Positions 1 through 9,000 of a stretch of 51,631 nt of DNA are shown in pieces. A model generated the notes under the pieces. That model was not told the DNA's origin and ran no database searches. It saw only the letters and a program-made list of their open reading frames with translations. The DNA lies in contig JAYUGC010000168.1 of the NCBI GenBank assembly GCA_043767805.1, positions 1 to 51,631 of the forward strand, given 5' to 3'. The position numbers and the translations under genes are program-made. Origin of the DNA: Pseudomonadota bacterium. GTDB taxonomy: Bacteria > Bdellovibrionota > FAC87 > UBA2466. Each line of letters starts with the position of its first letter. Position 1 is the first letter of the stretch.

Positions 1-100
1 TCAAGACCCACGGTGTATCGATGAGGAAGCCGTATGCGTAAATAGCGCCAGTACGGTTTTAATGGGGGCGGGCCCCGCAAGGGGTCCCGCCTACCTACAC
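1..100 (+). mobile_element. 3' end of a group II intron (domains V and VI, preceded by a possible IEP C-terminus)
   Basis: DV: AAGCCGTATGCG-TAAATAG-CGC-CA-GTACGGTTT (27-59) with AGC triad. DVI hairpin 64-95 has a GCAA tetraloop and a bulged A93, eighth from an ...AC end at 100. An open frame SRPTVYR* stops at 22-24, just before DV. Confidence 0.85.
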
Positions 101-179
101 GAAGATCACAGCGGTACGCCCTTGATGTATCCGAGGGCACTCAGGAGTCGGGCAGTGCCAAAAATAGAAGCGAAGATCA

Positions 180-620
180 CTAGACGCTGAGAGCAGGACG
201 GTAGTTTACGCCCTGAAATAGATTGAACCGCTTACCGAGGGTCGCCTCCCAAACGACGTCCGAGCTGCCCAGCGGGCCTCCTGTCTTCAGAAGCCCGGCC
301 GCTGCCGTCACGAAAGGGCTGTCGAGAAAGCCTTTGTCGGCCAATAGGTTGTAAGTGACCGAGGCCATGACTTTCGCCTGCCAAATCGGACCGATTGAGA
401 AATACTCGAACGAGGGAGTAAGGCCCACCTGCCATTCGTTTGAGAGCGAGTAGTGGTAGCCGAAGGCCGCTCCTATCGACGATACGCCGGATGAAGTCCG
501 CTCAAATTTGCCCATGGGTGCGATCACGATTTCATGGCGGGTGAGGGACTCGGTACTTTCGGTCGCGGCCAAAGCGAAATGAGACAGCAGGCAAACGGAT
601 AGGACGAGATGTTTCAGCAT
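180..620 (-). CDS. exported outer-membrane beta-barrel-like protein, possibly C-terminally truncated
   Basis: Signal peptide and alternating aromatic/hydrophobic strands (FGYHYSLSNEWQVG, WEATLGKRF); lacks a terminal aromatic residue. Confidence 0.55.
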   Translation of the reverse strand: MLKHLVLSVCLLSHFALAATESTESLTRHEIVIAPMGKFERTSSGVSSIGAAFGYHYSLSNEWQVGLTPSFEYFSIGPIWQAKVMASVTYNLLADKGFLDSPFVTAAAGLLKTGGPLGSSDVVWEATLGKRFNLFQGVNYRPALSV

Positions 621-729
621 GGCGTCAGTGTCCCTTTTTCGGAAAGAAGACGCGTCTGCTCTGCCGCGTGTGACGCTGGGAGTTGCGTCCTCTGTCCCGT
701 GACCTCCGAACCCGCGGGACGCGCGGTTC

Positions 730-1179
730 TTAGTGAGGGAAAAAGCGAGACCAAGGTTTCAAGATGACCAGGAAGACGATTCCGATCATGAGTAGCGTCG
801 GCACTTCGTTCAAAAACCGCAGCTGCTTCGAGGTGAGCGGGCGCTCGCCATTGGCGAGGCGTTTCATGAGCCCACCCGCGTATCCGGTTACTCCGCCCAT
901 ACAGATGACGAAAAAAAGTTTCCCGTGCATCCAGGGCTGCCTAAGGAGCAATGGATTCATGCTGAGCAACGTCGAGCCAAGAATGAAAGCCACCGTCATG
1001 GCCGGCACGGTGATGATGCGGTAGAGCCGCTCTTCCATCACTTGAAAGCGGCTGATGACCACCGCTTCCTTCTCTTCGGTGTGATAGATGAAGAGCCGGA
1101 ATAGGTACAAAATCCCCGCCATCCAGGAAATCACCGAGACCACATGGAGCGCGATGAGGCTTCTATACAGGATGAACAT
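730..1179 (-). CDS. hemJ: protoporphyrinogen oxidase HemJ
   Basis: ALHVVSVISWMAGILYLFRLFIYH, MEERLYRII, WMHGKL, RFLNEVPT motifs; ATG at 1179 overlaps the dnaA end. Confidence 0.9.
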   Translation of the reverse strand: MFILYRSLIALHVVSVISWMAGILYLFRLFIYHTEEKEAVVISRFQVMEERLYRIITVPAMTVAFILGSTLLSMNPLLLRQPWMHGKLFFVICMGGVTGYAGGLMKRLANGERPLTSKQLRFLNEVPTLLMIGIVFLVILKPWSRFFPH

Positions 1180-2656
1180 GAGAGCGCGCCGAGCGTCCCT
1201 GGAGTTTCTGGCGGAGGAATTCCACTTCGAAACGACGGGTAGGTTGCTGTTCCATGATCTCCGCCACCTTTTGGAAGGCGTGGATGACGGTGGCGTGATC
1301 GCGGCCAAAAGCTTTGCCGATTTGCTCGAGCGGATGCAGCGTGTGAAGGCGGGCTAGGTACATGGCCACCTGACGGGCCCAGTTGGTCGTGCCTTTTCTG
1401 GATTTCGACACGAGCTCCGTGCGGCAGATGCCGTAATTGTGCTCGACCAAGAGGACGATCTCCTCGAGGCTGATGGTCTCTTTGCGGGGCTCGGCGGAAA
1501 CACCTTCGCGAGAGAGATAATTTTGGTCGAGAGTCCGGTTCTCCATCTTCGCCTGAAGGTGCATGCGCACTAAGGTGCCGATGAGCTCTCTCACGTCTTT
1601 TTGGCCCTGATCGGCAAGCGTTCTCAAGACGCCCGGATCGACGTTCATGCCGTAGTGGTTGCCCATCTTCTGAAGCAGCGTGACGCGCTCCGGGAAAGAA
1701 GGGTACTTCACTTCGGCGATGACTCCCGACAGAAGCCGCGATTTCAAAGTCTCGATGAAGCCTTCGAGGCGGCTCGGCGGAACGGAAGTCGTAAAGGCGA
1801 TCTTTCCGCCGCGGCCGGAGATGTCGTTGAAGATGTGGAGGAGCTCCTCCTGGGTCTTGATCTTCTTCGCCATGCCTTCGATATCGTCGAAAAGCAGGCA
1901 GTCGGTCTCTTCCCGGTACTTTCTTTTGAAGGCGAGAATGTCTTGCGGGTTCGGCGAGCGGAGGGATTGAAAAAACTCGTTGGCGAACGTTTCAGAGTTC
2001 GTATAGCGAATGCGCGCTGCCGGATCCTGCCGGTAAAGCTGCCGGCCAATCTCGGTGAGCAGATGGGTTTTTCCCATGCCCACGCCCGCGAAAAGAATGA
2101 GCGGGTTGAACTGCATCTCGTTGCCTTGCGAGAACATGCGCACGCAACGATTGGCTACCTGGTTGTACTCGAGCTCCACGAACGGATTCGGGAACGAAGG
2201 AAGCGTCGGGGCCTGGGCGTGATCGAGGGGCTCGTCGTCTTCTAAAGGATCCGTTTCGACGATGCGCAAAGCGGGACGGGCAAAACCGGTAGCGGAAACG
2301 GGAGCGTGAGGGGCGTGCAAGGCAGAGTGGGGAAGAGAGGGGACCGAAGCAAGAGGGTGGAGCGACGCCACGGGAGGAGAATTCGGCTCGTGGGACGCGT
2401 CTAAATCGCTTTCCTTCTCGAGAAGCTCGAACTCGAGCTGAAGGTTCTGCCCGAGCTGATGCTGAATGACGCGGGCGAGGACGATGGCGTAGTGATTGCG
2501 AATCCAGTCTTCGTGGAATTTGCTGGGAACGCCGAGCACAACGGTGCGCTCGTTCCGCCGCAGAAATTCCACGGGCTTAAGCCAGTTTTGAAACTGGGTC
2601 TGAGGTACGGTTTCCCTCAGAACGTCTAACGCAGCATTCCAATCAAGGGGTAACAT
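1163..2656 (-). CDS. dnaA: chromosomal replication initiator DnaA (divergent, possibly a paralog)
   Basis: Domain I (FQNWLKP...PSKFHEDWI), NPL..Walker A GVGMGKTHL, Walker B FDDIE, LKSRL, DVREL, domain IV RQVAMYLAR...GRDHATVIHA; start trimmed to M74 of the listed ORF. Confidence 0.9.
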   Translation of the reverse strand: MLPLDWNAALDVLRETVPQTQFQNWLKPVEFLRRNERTVVLGVPSKFHEDWIRNHYAIVLARVIQHQLGQNLQLEFELLEKESDLDASHEPNSPPVASLHPLASVPSLPHSALHAPHAPVSATGFARPALRIVETDPLEDDEPLDHAQAPTLPSFPNPFVELEYNQVANRCVRMFSQGNEMQFNPLILFAGVGMGKTHLLTEIGRQLYRQDPAARIRYTNSETFANEFFQSLRSPNPQDILAFKRKYREETDCLLFDDIEGMAKKIKTQEELLHIFNDISGRGGKIAFTTSVPPSRLEGFIETLKSRLLSGVIAEVKYPSFPERVTLLQKMGNHYGMNVDPGVLRTLADQGQKDVRELIGTLVRMHLQAKMENRTLDQNYLSREGVSAEPRKETISLEEIVLLVEHNYGICRTELVSKSRKGTTNWARQVAMYLARLHTLHPLEQIGKAFGRDHATVIHAFQKVAEIMEQQPTRRFEVEFLRQKLQGRSARSHVHPV

Positions 2657-2729
2657 TATTGCGCAATGTACGGTTATGGCGGTCTCGATTTTGGAACGCA
2701 AAGAGCGGAATTTTTCAAATGCCGATCGG

Positions 2730-2949
2730 TTATCCCCACCTCGGTCCACAGAGGTAACGCGCGAATATCGTTGTAGATGACCGTTAGCGTCCACTGCATC
2801 GGCCTTCTCCGTAAGGAATAATGCATATGAGAGGTCAAAGCTTTGCATGATTAAGTACTTACAGATCTTATCCACACCCTGTGGATAGATCGCGATCTCG
2901 TTGTTTCTCGTGTTTTTCCGTCTTTATTGAAGATTTAAATTAAATTGAG
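2730..2949. promoter_or_regulatory. DnaA boxes plus AT-rich tract (autoregulatory region or oriC candidate)
   Basis: TTATCCACA 2868-2876 (perfect), inverted TGTGGATAG 2880-2888, TTATCCCCA 2730-2738, AT-rich TTTATTGAAGATTTAAATTAAATT ~2923-2946. Confidence 0.65.
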
Positions 2950-3005
2950 CGTTTCAAGAGCCGCTCTGGAGGCTCGTTTCCGAGGCTCTCCGGTATACTA
3001 AATCC

Positions 3006-4001
3006 ATGTCGATACAAACCGGGCTGTGGGATGACGAAGTTGAGCCAACGCTACCAAAAATTCCGGGAGTCGAAGCGGCCTTAGCCGCGTTCGTTCCGCT
3101 CCTTTTCTTACCTTTTTGCCTAGCTTTTGGATGGGCCGAGCTCGCAGTGAGCTTCGCGCCCAACGCCGTGAAGGCGCTCTTCACGACCGTGTGCTTCGCG
3201 GCGGCCGTTCACGGCTGCCTCGTTTGGCCGCTCTGCGGATTTGTCTTTCCTCAGTACGCCGGCCGTTGGGGACTTTTTGAGCGAACGCTCACGACGCTCG
3301 CGCTTTTCTCTCCGCCGCTGGTCTCGTTTCTTTATTTCCAGGCAGGCGAGGGGATTACCGACTTTTGGGACCTCGGCGTGACGGTGGTGCCCGCGGTCGC
3401 TCTCGGCACTTTCGTATACGAAAAAAGCCAGCGCACTTGGCTTTTTTCCCTGACGCTCGCTGTGGCCGGGTCTTTGCCGTGGCTTTGGATGGGCGATCGC
3501 CTGGGCGGTTTTTCTCCGGTTTTCACGTACGGGATTCTCAACTCGGACGGACAAGTGCTTCGCGTTGTCGTTTCTTGCCTCGCCGTCGTGTTCGGCGCGG
3601 TGACTTTGATTAGGAAATCAAATTTCGACGAGACATCGCTTCGGACCGCGGGAAAGACGCTCGCCGCGCTGGCAGTGTTTCACCTAGCGATGGGAGTCGT
3701 CTTTCCCTTCGTCGGTCTGCTTCTTGGAAAGACGAGCGCCGCTTTGAGCCCGCATTGGACTCTCGTGCTTTATCCGTGGTTGATCTTGGCGTGCCTCAGA
3801 CCGCGGGCGCTTAGGCCGAGGGCCTTTACAGCCATTCTCGCCCTTTCTGTCCTGGGCGAAGTTCTAGAACTCGGTTGGAAGCTCAGGGCCGTCGACGCCC
3901 AATATTTTGAACTCGCCGGAGATGTTGGAGGCGTTTTGTCCCTTAGTCTCGTCCTTGGCCTCGCCTACCGGTTGCGCATTTTTATAAGGGCTAGGCCCTA
4001 G
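3006..4001 (+). CDS. hypothetical integral membrane protein
   Basis: 331 aa with about 9-10 hydrophobic segments; no motif recognised. Confidence 0.6.
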   Translation: MSIQTGLWDDEVEPTLPKIPGVEAALAAFVPLLFLPFCLAFGWAELAVSFAPNAVKALFTTVCFAAAVHGCLVWPLCGFVFPQYAGRWGLFERTLTTLALFSPPLVSFLYFQAGEGITDFWDLGVTVVPAVALGTFVYEKSQRTWLFSLTLAVAGSLPWLWMGDRLGGFSPVFTYGILNSDGQVLRVVVSCLAVVFGAVTLIRKSNFDETSLRTAGKTLAALAVFHLAMGVVFPFVGLLLGKTSAALSPHWTLVLYPWLILACLRPRALRPRAFTAILALSVLGEVLELGWKLRAVDAQYFELAGDVGGVLSLSLVLGLAYRLRIFIRARP

Positions 4002-5675
4002 AGCGCCGCCGTCGCCGGTCGCGGATTTCTCCGTGCCTGGCTGGCGCTTGGGCTCGGGTTTCGGAATCGACGGATGACCAGGCGTATTTTCGGGCACGGG
4101 AAGTTTGAGGCCTTTGAGGCCGGGTAGGGACTGCTTTACCCATTCCTCTCGCCCTTCCTCCGTCACATAAGAGCCAAAAGTCACGGGCTTGAGTTGCCCG
4201 TCGACCGTGGTCTTGAACTTCAGCTCCATGAACATGCTATCCAACGTTCGAGCATATATTTCGTCCACGACCGAGCTTACCTCGGCGCGGTACCGCACGA
4301 TGTTCGGAGCTCGGTTCATGTAGAGTAAAAACTGATCGAGGGTTAATTCTTCCGAAATGCGCGTCCTCGAAGCGGAGAGGTGCTTGCTGATCTCGTCCTT
4401 GATGGCCGCTTTGTCGGCGAGCGTGTTTGCCTTATCTTCGTAATCGATATCGAGCGTGGGTTTCAGCTCGTGCATCTGTTTGGCTTTCGCGAGAATTTCA
4501 TCGCGGTGCTCGAAGAGGACCTGCGCCAGCGGCTCGAGTAGCTCGTTGACGAGCTCGGGCTTCTTGGAGACCTGGCCTCCGACAGTTCTTTCTCCCGCGG
4601 CCATCACGGAGTCCTGAACGTTTCGGTCGTGCCGGACTTTTCGCTCCGCCGAAGAAGGATCCGTGCCGAACTTTTTATAGGAAAGGTAATAGACTCGCAC
4701 GGTAAGCGCCGTCAGCACGGCGGCGGAGCCCGCGGTAAAGACCGGGATGCCGATTACCCCGACGTGCATGAACGGCGAATGCCAAGAGCCGGTTCTAGCG
4801 CGTTCACTGTTAATCTTACTGAAAAACGCGAAGCCTAGATCGCACCGTTCTTGCATGTTCTGCACGATGGTTTTGTTATTGAGGCGAATGGGCCCGCTGC
4901 CGCTACCGAAATGATAAAAGGCTCCGGGCTGATGCCGGCCGCTAGGGTCCGTGTGGGTGACCAACGAGGAGCGTTCATGAAACGGCATCATCTCGTTCAT
5001 TTGTTCCGTGATCTTATTCGCGCCCGACACCACCTCGGCACTAGCGAGCTCTTCAAATTCTCTGGCGGCCTTGTGTCTTCTCAGCCAGCCTTCACCGATG
5101 GCTGTAAGGAAGGCCGGATTATCATTGTAGCGATCGAGCCATTCATCGAGCCGGGTGATGTCGCCATTCTGCCGCCACATATGAAGGGCGCGCATGAGAT
5201 CCGCTTTCCAGTGCGCATCCTTTTCGAGCTCCGAATTCTTCGGCAATTCGTCGATGGTGTCCTGAACACTGGATAACCGGTGACCGTGGCTAGAGAGAGA
5301 ATGTTGTAGTTTATAGAAGAGCGCCGGCTGCGCTTCCATTAGTTTTTGAGTGCGGTGCCAATGGTTCAAGTACTCTTTGCGCAATTTAGTGAAGTGCGCT
5401 AGCTCGTAAGTGGATTTCATGGCAGCCGGCACTTGCGTAAAGAGGTCCTTCAAGGCGACCAGGCGCTGGATCGTAAAATAAGTGAGTACGGCGTATGCGG
5501 CGATGGGATCGTCTCCGAAGACAAGTTCGCGGATACCGGAGATTTTTTGAGTAGTGGCGTCTTGTTGGTACTGCGCGGGAGGAACGAACTCGTCACTCTC
5601 AGAATACGCGGCTCGAGGGCAAAGGACGAAGAGGCTCAAAAAAAGCGCAAAAATTCTCCCGTTCCACTTTGACAT
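3864..5675 (-). CDS. hypothetical exported/membrane-anchored protein
   Basis: Long ORF with signal peptide MSKWNGRIFALFLSLFVLCPRAAYS and an internal hydrophobic segment; 3' end overlaps the convergent gene by 138 nt. Confidence 0.65.
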   Translation of the reverse strand: MSKWNGRIFALFLSLFVLCPRAAYSESDEFVPPAQYQQDATTQKISGIRELVFGDDPIAAYAVLTYFTIQRLVALKDLFTQVPAAMKSTYELAHFTKLRKEYLNHWHRTQKLMEAQPALFYKLQHSLSSHGHRLSSVQDTIDELPKNSELEKDAHWKADLMRALHMWRQNGDITRLDEWLDRYNDNPAFLTAIGEGWLRRHKAAREFEELASAEVVSGANKITEQMNEMMPFHERSSLVTHTDPSGRHQPGAFYHFGSGSGPIRLNNKTIVQNMQERCDLGFAFFSKINSERARTGSWHSPFMHVGVIGIPVFTAGSAAVLTALTVRVYYLSYKKFGTDPSSAERKVRHDRNVQDSVMAAGERTVGGQVSKKPELVNELLEPLAQVLFEHRDEILAKAKQMHELKPTLDIDYEDKANTLADKAAIKDEISKHLSASRTRISEELTLDQFLLYMNRAPNIVRYRAEVSSVVDEIYARTLDSMFMELKFKTTVDGQLKPVTFGSYVTEEGREEWVKQSLPGLKGLKLPVPENTPGHPSIPKPEPKRQPGTEKSATGDGGALGPSPYKNAQPVGEAKDETKGQNASNISGEFKILGVDGPELPTEF

Positions 5676-5706
5676 CAATCTCAACTCCGCAGTGGAGTTG
5701 AGACAG

Positions 5707-5722
5707 TGCAATTGATGTTCCA
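5707..5722 (-). promoter_or_regulatory. putative sigma54 -24/-12 promoter
   Basis: Minus strand TGGAAC-ATCAA-TTGCA (GG-N10-GC), about 30 nt upstream of ATG 5675. Confidence 0.55.
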
Positions 5723-5793
5723 GGATAAACTATTGAGGAATATCCTGTAGGCTTTCGGAATGCCCGGTCAAGGCTTTCGGTAGCGTCAGAGGG

Positions 5794-6009
5794 CTATACA
5801 GTTAGCAGGCGAGGCGTCCACAAGAGGGAATCAGGGAGGTCGGCTTCGGGAGAGAGGGGGCGGGAGAGGGGATTCTCCGCGTCCGCGGGCACTTCGGAAT
5901 CGAGGGAGACCGGCGGCTTTTGGCGGTTTTCGAGGTCGTGATTACGACTTAAGCTTTCCTCATCGTCCGCTTTCAGCCACCGGTCCCAAATCGATTTGAG
6001 TGAGAACAT
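5794..6009 (-). CDS. small hypothetical protein
   Basis: AGGAG upstream of the ATG; follows the adhesin gene on the same strand. Confidence 0.5.
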   Translation of the reverse strand: MFSLKSIWDRWLKADDEESLSRNHDLENRQKPPVSLDSEVPADAENPLSRPLSPEADLPDSLLWTPRLLTV

Positions 6010-6031
6010 GGGGAGTCTCCTAAAGACCCCG

Positions 6032-9000
6032 TTACGATACGCGGTACGTGACCCGGATCTTGTCTCTGGGCTTCATGGCCGACGTATCGATGCGGTTCCA
6101 GTAGATCCGCACGGCATTAGTCGCCGGCTCGTAACGCCACTGGTCGGTAGCCGCACCCGAGTTGCCTTGCAGCGGAGTATCGCCCAGCCAGACCTTCATC
6201 GATTGAGTCTCTACGGGGTTCTTAGATAGGTTAACCGACTTGTGGCCCCAGAGGTAGGCGCGGGCCACAATCTTCGCGGCGTAATCCTTCAGGTAAGACG
6301 CCACGTCGAAGTTGCAGTTGACCGTGTAATAGGTGCCCGCGGTCTTGTCGACCACCGTGCGATAGGAGTTGTCCGGCCCGTAGGAGGACTTGTCTCCGGT
6401 CTGCTCGATGAGCGAGGGACACTGAGGCGCGATGGCGCTGACCCGCAGATTGCTCGCTTCCTTCGCATGGAACTCCTGGAACCGTTTCGCGTAATCCTCG
6501 GGCGTGAACTTCACGAATTCGGGGATGTACTTCGTGTACCACTTATAGTGGTCCATCTGCTGGGTCACGATCATCGCGTCCATCGGCACGCCACCGTCCA
6601 AGTAACCTTGGTGGTAAACGTCCGTTAGATCCGGCGCGTGCTCGTAGAAGCGAGACATCGACCAGAGGGGCGAGTTGTAGCAGTTGCTGCAGCTGCCGGG
6701 GCTATAGGACAGGTCCACGCGCTTCAAGAAATCGGCGACGAGGTTCGTGTCCGTCCAGCGGAAAAGCCGCGGCTGATTGGTGTCGCGGATGGGCATGCCA
6801 TCCCACTTGTGAGCGTCCGCCGAGAGGTAGATGCCTGCATGGCTGACTTTTGCCTTGTTGAGGGCATCGAAGAAGACGTTGGCGTTCTTCTTGAGCGACG
6901 TCACGAGGCTGTCGCACTGCTGGGAGTTGTCGACCACCCAGAGGGTATCCGCCCGCGCGCCGGAAACGGCGTCGTCGGTCGCGAACTTCTCTTCTTTGGT
7001 TCCCCACTGGACGTCGATGAAGACTCCCGCATCGGAGCAGAGCAGGTCGTTACAGGCCGAGACTACGAAGGCGTTGGAACCGAGGTCCGCGTCTTTTGGC
7101 TCACCCGAGAGCTGCCCACTCGAAGCAGCGGAGAGCCACGGCTTTCCGGTCTTCTTCGAGAAGGTGATCGGAATGCCGTCCAGATCTTGTACCCACGAGA
7201 CGAGTGACTCCGAGAAGGGCTCGTTCGTTTTGGCGATGAAGCGGATCGGGTCCTGGATCCAGACCGGCGCGCGCGGATCGCGGATGACCTGAATGCTTAA
7301 AGTCCCGTTCGTCGCGACTTTGCCGTCATCGACCTTCAACTTGAAGGTGTGAAGGCCAATGTCCTTGAACGCGGGCTTATTCACAATGAGCTCGCCCGTC
7401 TGAGACAATGTGACCCAAGGGGCCGCGTCGAGGAGCACGAAGTTGAGCGTGTCGCCGTCGGGGTCGCTGATGTACTGCGGCTGATTGAGATTCACCTTGA
7501 AGAGCGAGCGCTCCTTCACGATGAAGGTCGGAAGCTCGGGGGAGATGACCGGCGGCTTATTCTTCTGCAAGATAGTGCCGTTGACGTTGGTCGAGACACC
7601 CGGGGACTTCGTGTCGGTGACTTCGAAGACCGCGTTGAAGGGCCCTTTGTCGGCTTTCAGCGGGGTGCCGGTGACCAGGCCGTTTTCAGCGACCTTCATC
7701 CAGGTGGGGCCGCTCACGACGCGGAATTTAAGCACATCGCCGTCGTCATCCACCGCGAAGGGCGCGAGGTTGAAGGAGTAGGCTTCGTCGACGTAGCCAT
7801 CCGTCATGAGAATAGGATTCTGGCGCCAGCGAGGCGCGTGATTCACTTTTTCGACCGTCACTTGCACGGTCACATCGCTGAACTCGTTGTACGGATCCAT
7901 GACCCGCACGCGAAGCGTATTGAGACCGACATCCAGGCGTCCGGGAACGCCGGTGAGCACGCCGCTCGCGCCGACTTTCGCCCACGCCGGGCCTTCGACC
8001 ACCGAGAAGGAGAGAATGTCGCCCGCGTCCACATCCTGGGCAAAGCCTGAGAGAATGGCGGAGTAGGCTTGGTCCTCTTTCGCGTTCGGGAGCACGATGG
8101 GATTCACCGTCCACTCGGGGCGGTGGTTCACGTGCTGAACTGTGACGACGACGTCGACATCCGCGCTGAGCCCTTTCGGATCGGCGACACGGACTTTGAA
8201 GTTATTGACACCGAGCTGGGCCGCTTTCGGCGTGCCGGTGAGCGCGCCCAAAGCTGAGAGCTTCGCCCAAGGCGGTCCTTGGAGGAGGCTAAAGCTGAGC
8301 GGCGTATCGTTGTCCGGATCTTTCGCGAAGGCCGCGAGATCGAGATTCATCGGCGCGTCTTCTTTAGTTGTGAAATTGAGCGGAGACGCCATCCAGAAAG
8401 GCGCGTGGTTCGTCGCGATCACCGCAATTTGAATTTCCGCTACGTCGCTGCCGGAGATGCCATCGGCCGCGCGCACTTGAATTTTCGCGATGCCGATGTC
8501 GTTCTTGCCGGGTTTTCCGACGAGCTTACCTTGCGAGCTCACCGTGGCCCACGCCGGACCGGAGAGCTTCGTGAAGGAGATCGGATCGGAGTCGGGGTCG
8601 ACGACGTACTTCACCTGATTCAGATCGACTTCGTAGGCCGCGTCTTCGGCGCCGTCTTTCAAAAGCGTGGGTTTAGAGACCCAAGCCGGAGGGTCGTTCG
8701 ACTTAATCACGGTGATGGAAAGGGTTGTCGTGTCTGAGGCAGTCGCTTGGTCGGTGACTTTCACCTTCCAAGTGAACGTGCCGGCGTCGCCTTTGGCGGG
8801 GGAACCAGAGAGCTGGCCCGTGCTGCTATCGAGCTTCAGCCACGCCGGCCCGCCCGGGACGAGCTCGAACTTGTGCGTGTCGCCCGCATCCACGTCGGTG
8901 AACGAGTTTTTCAAAGACTGGTTGTAACCCACGCCCGTCGCGCCGTTCGGGAAGGGCAACGGATCGGCCACCCATTTCGGCGGGTGGTTTACATGAAGGA

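Noticed and set aside
2657..2875. 73-aa N-terminal extension of the listed dnaA ORF
   Set aside because: It runs through the DnaA-box region, and domain I similarity starts at M74.
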